The translations under genes and the position numbers were made by a program. A model generated the notes under the pieces. That model was not told the DNA's origin. It was given only the letters and a program-made list of their open reading frames with translations, and made no database searches. A stretch of DNA of 62,811 nucleotides, the filler included, from an uncultured bacterium (GTDB lineage: Bacteria; CAZDME01; JAYEMH01): assembly GCA_964506785.1 (NCBI GenBank). It is 11 parts of 11 records of this genome, joined end to end, with 100 filler letters (N's around TTAATTAATTAA, not from the genome) between each part and the next. Parts side by side here need not be neighbours in the genome. Positions count along the whole stretch, not along the records: positions 19,477 to 25,412 come from CAZDME010000068.1; positions 25,513 to 31,386 come from CAZDME010000069.1; 9 more parts are not named here. One strand, 5' to 3'. Numbering within the stretch: position 1 is the first letter of the stretch; the number at the start of each line of letters is the position of its first letter. Shown in pieces: positions 19,377 to 29,743 of this stretch.

Positions 19377-19476
19377 NNNNNNNNNNNNNNNNNNNNNNNN
19401 NNNNNNNNNNNNNNNNNNNNTTAATTAATTAANNNNNNNNNNNNNNNNNNNNNNNNNNNNNNNNNNNNNNNNNNNN
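19377..19476. other. Artificial contig linker
   Basis: N-run, TTAATTAATTAA, N-run. Confidence 0.98.
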
Positions 19477-19594
19477 CGTTCGGGGGATGTTGCCCCGTAC
19501 GAAATTAGGGAATAAACTCATAAAGAAATTGAAGGTTTACCGCGGTTCGAATCATCCTCATCAGTCGCAAAATCCAGAGCTGATTAAATTATAA
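19477..19594 (+). CDS. rplM: 50S ribosomal protein L13, C-terminal part
   Basis: Manual translation [33 protein letters not shown]; directly upstream of rpsI. Confidence 0.92.
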
Positions 19595-19608
19595 CGGTAG
19601 GATTCAAA

Positions 19609-20010
19609 ATGGCTAAAGGCGATAATGGATATTTTTGGGGCACCGGAAGGCGAAAAAAATCAGTTGCCCAGGTAAGACTTTCGGCCGGAGAAGGAAAGAT
19701 TTCCGTCAATGCTTCTCTTTTAGAAAAATATTTTCCTAAAGAAATACAGCAGATAATTGTCACACAACCTTTAAAAGTAACCGAAACCTTGAATAAGGTT
19801 GATTTACTGATCAGGGTTAAAGGCGGCGGTAAATCCGGTCAGGCCGGGGCTATTCGCCACGGCCTTGCCCGGGCATTGATGGCTTTTAATGAATCCTTTC
19901 GTTCTCCGCTTAAGAAAGCCGGGTATCTTACCCGTGACCCCCGTATGAAAGAGAGAAAAAAATACGGGCAGCCTGGCGCCCGCAAGAAATTCCAATTTTC
20001 TAAGAGATGA
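19609..20010 (+). CDS. rpsI: 30S ribosomal protein S9
   Basis: [31 protein letters not shown]. Confidence 0.97.
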   Translation: MAKGDNGYFWGTGRRKKSVAQVRLSAGEGKISVNASLLEKYFPKEIQQIIVTQPLKVTETLNKVDLLIRVKGGGKSGQAGAIRHGLARALMAFNESFRSPLKKAGYLTRDPRMKERKKYGQPGARKKFQFSKR

Positions 20011-20134
20011 TTCGACCCCGTTAGAGACAGGTTGCCTTCAGGTGACCGCAGGACAACCCCAGCCTTTGGACTGAACTTTTCAATCGTTCACCTTCTTAGT
20101 TATAATCTAACCTCTGGTTTTATCTCGATCGGGA

Positions 20135-21004
20135 TTACCGATATCTCTTAAGCCTTTCTTTGTCTAATATGTTTAGCTCTCCCGTATTTATATCCAATAA
20201 ACGTATCGAGTTAAAAGCTTCAAATTGATAGACCTCGATTACCCGGGCAATCGTCTTAAGGACAAAAGGAATTATTTTGGTATTGCCCTGGCTGGCGGCC
20301 AGAATAAAGATAAATTCATCCCCTTCTTTATATTTCCCGACTAACTCTACCTTCCCCGGGAATTTTACTTTCAGTCTTTGCCTGATTTGTTTAACCAGGA
20401 AATCCGGCCAGGCAACCTCTTCAAACCTTTTCATGCCGGACAAATCCTCCTTATTATATTTTTTTAAATCGAATATTCGGCGTATGCCCAGCTCTCCCGG
20501 GGCAAAACTTCCCAGCCAGGCTTTCTTCAGGTCCTTGACGCAGCCGATAAACGATAATTCAACTCTTTCTTCTTCCTTCGCTAGTTTTATCAAATAGAAA
20601 TCTATGTCGATATCGGAATTGAATAAAACCCGGCCGACAGAAAAAACCAATCCGTTTAAATCTTTCTGCTTTTGCGGGTTAATATTTAATTTCCCGGAGT
20701 CATCGATTGAAAAAAAATGCTCTGCCGGCGCCAAGACGCACATAGTTCGATTTACCTTTTTTGCCTCGACTTCCGTATTGTATTGTTTCTGGCAGATTGT
20801 TTTGATGGCGTCAATGACTTTTTCTTTAGGATAGGTGGGGGCGCAGCTGGATAATAAGATAGGGGTAAAAAGGATGATTATAATCTGGGTTGGGGAGAAT
20901 TTACTTTTTGTTGGATTTGTTTTTTTTCTTCGAATTATTGTAGGCAAGTTTTCCCTGTCTGGCAAGTTGTTGGTGGCTTTTCCCGTATTCGCTGAAAATA
21001 CCAT
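20135..21004 (-). CDS. Hypothetical lipoprotein (true start probably downstream of 21004)
   Basis: Basic stretch, hydrophobic segment and LSSC lipobox followed by APTYPKE. Confidence 0.6.
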   Translation of the reverse strand: MVFSANTGKATNNLPDRENLPTIIRRKKTNPTKSKFSPTQIIIILFTPILLSSCAPTYPKEKVIDAIKTICQKQYNTEVEAKKVNRTMCVLAPAEHFFSIDDSGKLNINPQKQKDLNGLVFSVGRVLFNSDIDIDFYLIKLAKEEERVELSFIGCVKDLKKAWLGSFAPGELGIRRIFDLKKYNKEDLSGMKRFEEVAWPDFLVKQIRQRLKVKFPGKVELVGKYKEGDEFIFILAASQGNTKIIPFVLKTIARVIEVYQFEAFNSIRLLDINTGELNILDKERLKRYR

Positions 21005-22592
21005 CTATCTCGTCATATTCTAATTCATCTTTTTTAATCAATTCCTGGGCAAATCGTTCGAATATATCTGTTTCCCGGCGGAGGAGTTCTTCCACTTCTT
21101 TGGCGCATTCTTTAATGATTTGATTTGTTTCTTTGTTAAGCTGTTCTCTTAGCTTATCCGAGATTTCTCCTTCGGGAATAGCGGTGAAATCTCCCATAAA
21201 GCCGTTGCCGCCCATGCCGTATCGCCAGACCATGTTGTGAGCCAGGAGCGTCGCCTCGCGAAAATCAGAGCTTACCCCGTCGGAAGTAACCCCGAATTTA
21301 TTCTTTTCCGCCAGGTATCCTCCCAGGCTTACCTTAATATTGGCTAGAATTCTTTCCCGGGAAGAGGTAAAAATTTCTTCGCGGGGAATATGATGGACCA
21401 TGCCTAATGCTCCGCGGCGGGAAATAATCGAAGCTTTAAAAACGTCGTCAGTGGGATGGAGAATATAAAGGACCAGGAGATGTCCGGCTTCATGATAAGC
21501 GACCATCTCTTTTTCCTGCGGAGTCATTTTTTTGGATTTGTGCTTAATCCCCATTTCGATTCGTTCCAGGGCTTCGCTGATATCCTTAAGGGAAACCATC
21601 TCTTTTTTGTTGCGGGTAGCGATTAAAGCGGACTCTTTAACGATATTCTCTATATCGGCCGGAGTTTTATATACGGTACGTCGGGATAGACGGGCAATAT
21701 CAATTTCAGGATCGTATTTTACCTTACCTAAATAAAAGGAGAAGAGTTTTTCCCGGTCGGCTAAGCTGGGACGGCCGATATAAATTTTTCGGTCGAATCT
21801 TCCTGGCCTTAACAGGGCTTCATCCAAACTTTTTTCCGGGGCGTTGGTGGCTCCAATAAGGATAATATTTTCTTCCTTTTGTTTCAAGCCGTCCATTTCT
21901 ACCAAAAGCTGGTTTAGGGTGGAATCGGTTTCTTGGCTGCCACCCCAGCTGTAAAGGCTGCGGTGCCGGCCGATAGCGTCAATCTCATCGATAAAAATCA
22001 TGCAGGCCCCGTAGCCATAGGCCAAGCGGCGGGATTTTTTAAAGGTTTTTCTCACCCGGCTGGCGCCTACTCCGACGAAAACCTCGACAAATTCACTGGC
22101 TGACATGGAAATAAAAGGGATCCCGCATTCAGTGGCAATGGCTTTGGCCATATAGGTTTTTCCGCATCCGGGAGGGCCGACCAGTAAAATGCCGCGCAGG
22201 ATTTTGCCGCCGATTTTCTTAATCCGGGTGCGGTCTTTGATTAATTCGACGATTTCCCGGGCTTCTTCTTTGGCTTCTTCCAGGCCGATGACATCGGAAA
22301 AAGGGATATTGACATTTTCTCCTTTTATCTTCTGCTGTTTAATCCGGGTAAAGCCGCCGTGAAGAATAAGCCAGTACATGGTGACAAAGGCAGCAGCGGT
22401 TATCAATCCCAGGATGATATGCATGGGGATGATTGCCAGCATATAGTTCTGGGCGTAAGAATCGAGAGAAACAAGGCCGCGGACCAGCCAGAAAAGCAGG
22501 GAGGCAACTATACTGAAGATAACCACCTTCAGCCAGTTATTCAGGAAAAACATTCTGATTCTGCGGGTTTTATAAGAATTATGCTGGCTCAT
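20901..22592 (-). CDS. FtsH-like AAA+ zinc metalloprotease
   Basis: Two N-terminal TM segments, GPPGCGKT, IFIDEIDA, LLRPGRFDR, HEAGH. Confidence 0.9.
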   Translation of the reverse strand: MSQHNSYKTRRIRMFFLNNWLKVVIFSIVASLLFWLVRGLVSLDSYAQNYMLAIIPMHIILGLITAAAFVTMYWLILHGGFTRIKQQKIKGENVNIPFSDVIGLEEAKEEAREIVELIKDRTRIKKIGGKILRGILLVGPPGCGKTYMAKAIATECGIPFISMSASEFVEVFVGVGASRVRKTFKKSRRLAYGYGACMIFIDEIDAIGRHRSLYSWGGSQETDSTLNQLLVEMDGLKQKEENIILIGATNAPEKSLDEALLRPGRFDRKIYIGRPSLADREKLFSFYLGKVKYDPEIDIARLSRRTVYKTPADIENIVKESALIATRNKKEMVSLKDISEALERIEMGIKHKSKKMTPQEKEMVAYHEAGHLLVLYILHPTDDVFKASIISRRGALGMVHHIPREEIFTSSRERILANIKVSLGGYLAEKNKFGVTSDGVSSDFREATLLAHNMVWRYGMGGNGFMGDFTAIPEGEISDKLREQLNKETNQIIKECAKEVEELLRRETDIFERFAQELIKKDELEYDEIDGIFSEYGKSHQQLARQGKLAYNNSKKKNKSNKK

Positions 22593-22606
22593 TTATCACC
22601 AGGTTG

Positions 22607-22635
22607 ATTCTACCATATTTTGGCTTCATTGTCAA
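22607..22635 (-). promoter_or_regulatory. Sigma70-type promoter of the FtsH-like gene
   Basis: TTGACA-17 nt-TAGAAT on minus strand. Confidence 0.65.
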
Positions 22636-22846
22636 ATAGCCTTCCAGTAAGGTATACATGGTAAATATCACTTTTCGCTTGTGTTCGCCTTAAATTTATG
22701 CTATATTTAACCCGCCGCATTGTGCGCAAATAAGCATAAAAACGGACTTATCGATAACTTTATCCGGTATTTTTTTGAGCCGTAAATGGCGAAGGTCGGT
22801 TTTTCAATGGACTCGATAACGAAATGAAAACTAAAAGGAGATAGAA

Positions 22847-23092
22847 ATGAAAAAGAAGATTCATCCTGCGTATAAGGAAACGACTATTACGTGTGCCTGC
22901 GGGGAGATTATTCCCATTCGTGCGACCAAGCAGAATATGAGGGTGGAAATTTGTTCCAAGTGTCATCCTCTTTTTACCGGGAAACAGAAACTTTTGGATA
23001 CTGCCGGGCGCGTTGAACGTTTTGAACAGCGATATGCCAAAAAGAAGGTGAATTCCCAATTGAAAGAGAAAAAGGAGCGAAAGGAGAAATGA
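22847..23092 (+). CDS. rpmE: 50S ribosomal protein L31 (zinc-binding type)
   Basis: [29 protein letters not shown]. Confidence 0.96.
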   Translation: MKKKIHPAYKETTITCACGEIIPIRATKQNMRVEICSKCHPLFTGKQKLLDTAGRVERFEQRYAKKKVNSQLKEKKERKEK

Positions 23093-23799
23093 AAGTTAGG
23101 TTAGTTAGCCATACGCCCAAGCCGCTTAAATTGATCTATGTTGCGGCTAAAACCTGCGCTTCGGAACTATCCCCTCAGGAGATTTGGGATCATCCTGTCC
23201 AGAGAGAAACTATGATTAAATTTATTGAGGAGATTCTCATGGCCGGACACTTGTCGGTTACCGAACATGTCTCTTTTACCTGGGCTATTTCCGGGGTTAG
23301 CCGGGCTTGTACCCATCAGTTAGTCCGGAGCCGCCTGGCTAGTTTCAGCCAACAAAGTCAGCGCTATGTTACTTTTGGAGAAACCTTAGGCTATGCTATC
23401 CCGGGGACAATAAAAAAGAAGCGTCACAAAGCTCTTATTCCATATCTGGAGACAGTGGAGAGAAGCCGGCATCTCTATTTACAATTAGTCAAAGCAGGCG
23501 TATCCCCGGAAGATGCCCGTTACCTTTTGCCTAATGCCGCTTTTACCAATATTGTCATCACTATGAATTTTCGTGAACTTCTGCACAGTGCTTCTTTGCG
23601 TTTATGCCAGCGGGCACAATGGGAAATCAGAGCGCTTTTTAAAGAAATGAAAAAGGAAATTAGCCAGATTGAGCCTTTTCTCGGAAAAAAACTAATCCCC
23701 AAGTGCCAGATTTTAGGCTATTGTACCGAGCCAAAATCTTGTGGTTTAATGCCTAAAAGAAGAATAAAAAAAGTTAAAGAGAAAAAAACCAAAAAATAA
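23089..23799 (+). CDS. thyX: FAD-dependent thymidylate synthase
   Basis: [45 protein letters not shown]. Confidence 0.92.
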   Translation: MKVRLVSHTPKPLKLIYVAAKTCASELSPQEIWDHPVQRETMIKFIEEILMAGHLSVTEHVSFTWAISGVSRACTHQLVRSRLASFSQQSQRYVTFGETLGYAIPGTIKKKRHKALIPYLETVERSRHLYLQLVKAGVSPEDARYLLPNAAFTNIVITMNFRELLHSASLRLCQRAQWEIRALFKEMKKEISQIEPFLGKKLIPKCQILGYCTEPKSCGLMPKRRIKKVKEKKTKK

Positions 23800-24857
23800 T
23801 GCTGACTGGAAAAGATTTAGAAAAAATAAAAAAGATAGAGGAACGTTCTCTAAAGCTCGAAAAGCTTTTAGCCGAACCTGAAATTTTAAGGCAGCCGCAG
23901 AAATACCGCCAGCTTTCTAAAGAGTTTTCGGAAAGCCGGCCGCTGGTTGCGAAGATCCGGCTTTTGGAAAAATTAGATGAGGAGTTAAAAGGAACTGAGG
24001 AACTTCTTCAAAACCGGGATAGAGAAATGGTTAATTTAGCCAAATCAGAAATGGCCGAGATAAGAGAAAAAAAAGAAAAATTACTGGGAGATATAATGTT
24101 TTGTCTGAATCCTCCCGACCCGGATGCTAAGCGAAATGTCATTATGGAAATACGCGCCGGCACCGGTGGCGAAGAAGCCTGTCTTTTTGCGGCTGATCTC
24201 TTTCGGATGTATAGTAAATTTGCCGAGAAAAAAAACTGGCGCATAGAGGTAATGAATACTAATTTTACTGGCAAAGGGGGAATAAAAGAAATTATTTTTG
24301 CCCTTGAGGGTGAAGGGGTCTATGGTTCGCTTCGCTATGAAAGCGGTATTCATCGAGTTCAAAGAGTGCCGCTAACTGAATCGAGCGGCCGTATTCATAC
24401 CTCGGCAGCCACCGTGGTTGTTTTTACGGAAATAGAAGAAAAAGAAATGGATATTGAAACTAAAGATATCCGTGTCGATGTTTATCGTTCTTCTGGACAT
24501 GGCGGGCAAAGTGTCAATACTACCGATTCAGCGGTGCGGATTACGCATGTTCCTTCGGGAATGGTAGTTACTTGTCAGGATGAACGTTCTCAGTATAAAA
24601 ATAAAGTCAAGGCCCTTCGGGTGCTTCGGGCGAGATTGACCCAGCAGATAAAAGAAAAAAAACAAAAAGAAATTTCAGCGATGAGAAAAAACCAAGTCGG
24701 TTCGGGTGACCGCAGTGAAAAAATCCGCACTTATAATTTTCCGCAGAATCGTCTGACTGACCATCGTTTCAACCTGACTTTTTACCGCCTAAACGATATT
24801 TTAAATGGCGATTTGGACGAGCTTTTTCAAGCGATGCAGAAGGCTAAGACGGCCTAA
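23799..24857 (+). CDS. prfA: Peptide chain release factor 1
   Basis: EIRAGTGG, HRVQRVPLT (PxT), GGQ, SEKIRTYN. Confidence 0.95.
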   Translation: MLTGKDLEKIKKIEERSLKLEKLLAEPEILRQPQKYRQLSKEFSESRPLVAKIRLLEKLDEELKGTEELLQNRDREMVNLAKSEMAEIREKKEKLLGDIMFCLNPPDPDAKRNVIMEIRAGTGGEEACLFAADLFRMYSKFAEKKNWRIEVMNTNFTGKGGIKEIIFALEGEGVYGSLRYESGIHRVQRVPLTESSGRIHTSAATVVVFTEIEEKEMDIETKDIRVDVYRSSGHGGQSVNTTDSAVRITHVPSGMVVTCQDERSQYKNKVKALRVLRARLTQQIKEKKQKEISAMRKNQVGSGDRSEKIRTYNFPQNRLTDHRFNLTFYRLNDILNGDLDELFQAMQKAKTA

Positions 24858-24921
24858 ATTCCTTAGTCCAATCTTCACCGTGCGGCAAACATGACACCGA
24901 AGATACCTGGCGCTAAAGGGA

Positions 24922-25412
24922 GTGACGTTAGAGGTTTATATGATTAATGTAATAAATTGGGCCGCGAACTATTTAGCGGGTAATAATCCTGTTCCTTCCA
25001 GAGCCGAGGCGGAATTTCTGCTCAGCGGTTTTTTAGATTGCCCTACGATAGATCTATACTTAAATAGAAACGGCCTGGATAAAAAACAAAAAGAAGCTTT
25101 TCGGACCTTGGTTGAGGAAAGAAAAAAGGGAGTTCCTCGGCAAATTTTATTGGGGCGGACCCAGTTTATGGATTGGACCTTTTTAGTGCAAAAAGGAGTT
25201 TTTATCCCCCGTCCAGAAACGGAAATTTTAGTCGAAACCGCTTTCCAGATTATCGAACGATTTCCTTTAACTCCGGGTGAGAGAATTTTAGATTTAGGCA
25301 CCGGTTCAGGAATTATTGCCATAAGCCTGCTAAAGATGTTCCCTGGGGTTAAAGTTTATGCTACGGATATATCTGAACGAGCCCTTTCTCTGGCAGAGAA
25401 AAATGCCAAAGT
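24922..25412 (+). CDS. prmC: Release factor glutamine methyltransferase (3' truncated)
   Basis: VFIPRPETE, LDLGTGSG, ATDIS; follows prfA. Confidence 0.9.
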
Positions 25413-25512
25413 NNNNNNNNNNNNNNNNNNNNNNNNNNNNNNNNNNNNNNNNNNNNTTAATTAATTAANNNNNNNNNNNNNNNNNNNNNNNNNNNNNNNN
25501 NNNNNNNNNNNN
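25413..25512. other. Artificial contig linker
   Basis: N-run, TTAATTAATTAA, N-run. Confidence 0.98.
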
Positions 25513-26997
25513 AGGCGTTTCTTTATTTTGGGAATATTTTATGGATTAGCCTGGTGGACAAATTTTCAGAGCATCTATTTTATCTTAACCAGCCTAATTT
25601 TTATTTTCCTGCGAAAAAAACGCATATTTTTTACTCAAAGATTCTTAATGCTGGTTTTAGGGATTTTAATCGGCGGCAGCCCTTTATGGTATTATTGCTT
25701 TACCCATGGGTTCGGTTTATTTCAGGCGGTAGGCGCAAATAAATTTGTTGATATCGGATTATCGTTCAGAAATTTCATTATAATCGGCCTCCCGGAAATT
25801 TTTGGGGTGATAAAGTCACAGCCGCGGACAGTTTTTCTCCCGTTTATATCCCAGGCCTTATTGGGCATTTATCTGTTCGCCTTTTTATATGTTGTGAAAG
25901 AGCGCTGGAGGGGATTGCTTTATTTAGGCAGGCTTTCTCTTAGAAAAAGCAACGGAATGGAGATGTTTATCGTTTTCTTTATCCTTTTTGCCTTAATCTA
26001 TATCCTGAGCGGTTATGCCCTTATTAATACCCGCAGGTATCTGTTGACTTTATATTCAGGGGTGCCGATTTCTCTCGCTTATTTTCTCAACCGGTTTGGC
26101 CAGAAACATAAAAAACTTTCCATTTTCTTTTTAGCTATTATCCTTGCCGCCAATCTCCAGCAGAATATTATCTCTATCGATATTTTTGATAAAGGCAAAA
26201 GAGACTTATTCTTCCTGACTCAAAAAACCCAAAAAGAAGCATTTTCATTTTTAGAAAAAAAAGGAATTAAGCATGTTTACGTAAATGATTACTGGAGAAG
26301 CTATCAGTATACCTTTGATGCCGGAGAGAAAATCATCTTTACGGAGTGGAATCCCAGCCGTTACCCGCCATATTTTGAAGCTGCTCAAAGGAGTAAAAAT
26401 GCGGCGTTTTATTTTCCGGGAGATGAAAAAAACTTTCTTCAACTGCTTAAAAATATCGGGACAGAATCGTATAAGAGGAAATATATCGGCGGAGCAACCT
26501 TATTTTACGACTTCGGGCCTTTCAAAAGAAATTACGAAGAAATAGATTTGTCTAAAGCAAAAGCCTTCTCTAATTATAACCAGGGTGAAGTTAATCAAGC
26601 TCTGGACGGAAATATGACGACACGCTGGACGACAAAAACTGCCCAGATACCAGGAATGTATTTTGAATTGGATTTAGGCAAGACCGAAGAGGTTGGCCGC
26701 TTAATGGTAGAGTTGGACGGTTCAGCCCACGATTATCCCTGCGGTTATGTCCTGTCTACTTCCTTAAACGGGAAAGTCTGGCAGGATGTCGTAGTTTCCA
26801 GGATAAATTGGGGCGCTTTTTATTATGGCGAGTTCCATCCGATTGTTGATGGAAAAGAGGCAAAATTAGAAATTTGTTTTGAACCGCATTTAGCTAGATT
26901 TGTAAGGCTAACTCAAACCGGAGAGAATCATGTTTGGTGGTGGTCAATGCATGAAGTTAACTTATACGGACCGGAACCGAAGGAAAAATCTAGGTGA
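25513..26997 (+). CDS. GT-C (ArnT/PMT-like) membrane glycosyltransferase with C-terminal discoidin/F5-8 type C domain (5' truncated)
   Basis: Multi-TM N-terminus, RYL motif; ALDGNMTTRWTT, FELDLG, ARFVRLTQ, WSMHE. Confidence 0.7.
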   Translation, partial: RRFFILGIFYGLAWWTNFQSIYFILTSLIFIFLRKKRIFFTQRFLMLVLGILIGGSPLWYYCFTHGFGLFQAVGANKFVDIGLSFRNFIIIGLPEIFGVIKSQPRTVFLPFISQALLGIYLFAFLYVVKERWRGLLYLGRLSLRKSNGMEMFIVFFILFALIYILSGYALINTRRYLLTLYSGVPISLAYFLNRFGQKHKKLSIFFLAIILAANLQQNIISIDIFDKGKRDLFFLTQKTQKEAFSFLEKKGIKHVYVNDYWRSYQYTFDAGEKIIFTEWNPSRYPPYFEAAQRSKNAAFYFPGDEKNFLQLLKNIGTESYKRKYIGGATLFYDFGPFKRNYEEIDLSKAKAFSNYNQGEVNQALDGNMTTRWTTKTAQIPGMYFELDLGKTEEVGRLMVELDGSAHDYPCGYVLSTSLNGKVWQDVVVSRINWGAFYYGEFHPIVDGKEAKLEICFEPHLARFVRLTQTGENHVWWWSMHEVNLYGPEPKEKSR

Positions 26998-29645
26998 AAA
27001 ACGATAGACTGAAAATTGGCGTAATAATTCTCTTTTTTTTCTGCCTGAGTTTAACCATTACTTACCCCTTGCTTTTTTATTTTAATCAGGGTATTCCTTA
27101 TACCCGGACAGCGGTTAAAGGTGAGGAAATCTCTCCTTTACGGCAGGGAGACCACCTTCAGCTTTATTATCATTTCTGGCTGGCTAAGGACGCCCTTAAG
27201 GAGGAATATCCATTCTTTCTCGACCCTTATGAATTTAGTGTCGAAGGCATCAAGATATTTACGGTCAGGCGTTTTCCTCTTTCTATCCTTTTTGTCATCT
27301 TTTCAGTTTTCGGAGGGGCTTTTGCCTATAATGCCGTTCTTATTCTTTCTGTAATTTTCTCCGGGGCGACGATGTTTCTTTTGGCCAAACTTTATCTAAA
27401 AAGTGATTTTCCTTCTTTTATGGCTGGTTTAATTTTTGCCCTTTCGCCCTTTGGCCTTTCCCAGCTTTTGGGCGGGCATACCAATGGCTTTCTCTGGGGG
27501 CTGGTGCCCCTGGCCATTTTTTCTCTGGAAAGGCTTTTCTCTGAAAGAAAAATAAGATTTGGAATTCTATACGGATTTTGCCTTTTTAGTTTTGCCTTGA
27601 TAGAATACCACCTTCTTTACTATCTTACCCTTTTTACCCTGACGATGCTTCCGGTAAGAACTATTACCAGTTTGGCAAAATGGAAAAGGGCCAATTTTAA
27701 TTTAAAAAGGGCTCTTCTGAAAACCTGGGTGCCGATATTTTTATCTTTATTTATTATTTTTCTCTTTGTCCTCTTTTTGAAACATATTGAAATTAGTTCT
27801 TCTATTGCCCAGAAGGGGAGGAATATTTCGGAGGTAAAACTTTATTCCCCGGCAGTCAAAGATTTGTTTCGGCGGACAAATTTTAATGGCGAAAAAAATA
27901 TTTATTTAGGAATAACCGCTTCGGTTCTAGCCTTTTTAGGATTGGTTCTCAACCTGGGCCGGCCGGGAAAGGATAGAAAATGCTATGAGGAGAAAATCAA
28001 CCTTCTTTTTTTTGCCGGCGGATTGGGGATAACCGCTATCTTGGCCACGGGAACAAGCTTAAACAATATTTTCCCGCTTTACAAATTTTTATATAAATTT
28101 TTCCCGTATTTTAATTACCCCCGAGTTCCCGGGCGGATAATTATTGTAAGTTTTCTATGCCTGGCGATATTGGGCGGTTATGGAGTCAGAGAAATTATTA
28201 ATTTGTTTTCCCGGATTAAAAAGGGAAAGGGGAGGGAAATAATAAAAATTGCAATTTCTTCCATTATCTTTCTGGGGGTCTTTTTTGACTATAATTCCGG
28301 AACCCGGGTGGGTATAAGCCTGATGGATGGAAAAAACAGAATTTACGAAATCATAAAGGAAAATGCCGGGGATAAAAAGGTTTTGGAATTACCTCTCTGG
28401 CCGGGGGATACGGCCTGGTCTTCGGTTTATCTATATTACGTAACCCTGACCCGGGCAAGAATTATTAACGGCTATTATCCTTTGGTGCCCCAGGAGTATC
28501 TGGAGAGAATATTTTATCCTTTAATCAGTTTGAATTTAGGCGACATAACGGAACTCGAATACGGCCTTTTAAAAAAACTCAAGGTCAAATATGTTATCAT
28601 GCATGAAGATGCCTTTCCTCAAAAGGTAAGTCATTTCCGTTCTACTTATTCAGTTAGGAGGCTGACGCAGTCGCCTTATCTAAGGTTTATTACCCGAGAT
28701 AAACTTGTCTGGCTTTTCGAATTAAGGGATAAGCCAGTTTTTAAAAAAGCTGGCCCTCAGTTAAGATGGGTAAGCGGGGTGGTAAAAAGAGCTGACCAGT
28801 TTCATCACCGGATTGGACGCCTTATTGACGATCCAGAGGCGGAAAATGGCCAGGCCCTTTTCGCCTCTGAAGAATCCGATCCGCCAGGATACCTGCTTTT
28901 TGGCCGGCAGCAGGTTTTTCCCCGGAGTAGCTATAAAATTATTTTTCACCTCAAAACAGGAAATAATACTTTCAGTGAGCCAATAGCTGTTTTGGATATT
29001 TGTACCAGAGGAGGAAAGGATAAATTGGTTGAAAAAGAAATAAAAGGGACGGATTTTAAAGAAGCCGGGAAGTATCAGGATTTTGTGCTTGATTTTAATC
29101 AAAAAGAACCAATTTTTCCTGAATTCCGCCTGAATTTTTTAAAGAAAGCCGACCTCTGGGTTGATTATGTTTATATTTTATTCGCCGGAGAGAAGGAGCT
29201 TCTCTATTCTTATCAAGCCGGAGAGCTTTATTACCGGGGGCTATTGGTGGAAGATGAGGATACCTTAGCCGGTAAGGCGGTTTTATTTTCTCCTGGTTTT
29301 ACCCGGGATAAAGAGGTGCTTTACGGGCCTTACCGGCGTTACCCAAAGGGTAATTATCAAATATTTTTCCGTTTAAAAACAGACCAATTGACCGATTTGC
29401 CTCTGGCTGCCCTGGAAGTAGCCAGCGATTCCGGGAGAGAGAAGATTGCCGAGTGCCTAATTAAAAGCTCTGATTTTAAAGAGCAGGGAGAGTATCAAGA
29501 ATTTTCTTTCCCTTTTGAATTAGAGAAGGAGAAAATCGTTGAATTCCGGATTATTTATCCGGATAAAACCGAAGCGCCTAAGAAGGTTTTCCAAAACAGA
29601 GGAAAACTCTGGGTAGATACGGTTAGACTTGAACCAATAAAGTAG
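26994..29645 (+). CDS. Large GT-C/YfhO-like membrane protein with two repeated C-terminal beta-sandwich modules
   Basis: GDHLQLYY, AYN, YLG, RVPGR, LELP, INGY; duplicated module ending DFK..G.YQ.F...F. Confidence 0.65.
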   Translation: MKNDRLKIGVIILFFFCLSLTITYPLLFYFNQGIPYTRTAVKGEEISPLRQGDHLQLYYHFWLAKDALKEEYPFFLDPYEFSVEGIKIFTVRRFPLSILFVIFSVFGGAFAYNAVLILSVIFSGATMFLLAKLYLKSDFPSFMAGLIFALSPFGLSQLLGGHTNGFLWGLVPLAIFSLERLFSERKIRFGILYGFCLFSFALIEYHLLYYLTLFTLTMLPVRTITSLAKWKRANFNLKRALLKTWVPIFLSLFIIFLFVLFLKHIEISSSIAQKGRNISEVKLYSPAVKDLFRRTNFNGEKNIYLGITASVLAFLGLVLNLGRPGKDRKCYEEKINLLFFAGGLGITAILATGTSLNNIFPLYKFLYKFFPYFNYPRVPGRIIIVSFLCLAILGGYGVREIINLFSRIKKGKGREIIKIAISSIIFLGVFFDYNSGTRVGISLMDGKNRIYEIIKENAGDKKVLELPLWPGDTAWSSVYLYYVTLTRARIINGYYPLVPQEYLERIFYPLISLNLGDITELEYGLLKKLKVKYVIMHEDAFPQKVSHFRSTYSVRRLTQSPYLRFITRDKLVWLFELRDKPVFKKAGPQLRWVSGVVKRADQFHHRIGRLIDDPEAENGQALFASEESDPPGYLLFGRQQVFPRSSYKIIFHLKTGNNTFSEPIAVLDICTRGGKDKLVEKEIKGTDFKEAGKYQDFVLDFNQKEPIFPEFRLNFLKKADLWVDYVYILFAGEKELLYSYQAGELYYRGLLVEDEDTLAGKAVLFSPGFTRDKEVLYGPYRRYPKGNYQIFFRLKTDQLTDLPLAALEVASDSGREKIAECLIKSSDFKEQGEYQEFSFPFELEKEKIVEFRIIYPDKTEAPKKVFQNRGKLWVDTVRLEPIK

Positions 29646-29720
29646 CTCATAGCTGATGGCTGATAGTTAAGAAGAAAACTAAGAGCAAAGAGCGATGAGC
29701 GAAGAGCCAAGAGCTATGAA
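29643..29720. repeat. Inverted arms of degenerate 7-bp tandem repeats with no gene between
   Basis: CTCATAG CTGATGG CTGATAG then CTAAGAG CAAAGAG CGATGAG CGAAGAG CCAAGAG CTATGAA. Confidence 0.85.
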
Positions 29721-29743
29721 GTATATTTAGTGAACAAACTGCC

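Noticed and set aside
24880-24920. GGCAAAC motifs (also near 4954 and 6535) as c-di-GMP-I riboswitches
   Set aside because: The following GAAA-loop stem and second hairpin are missing, and two of the motifs are antisense to the neighbouring genes.
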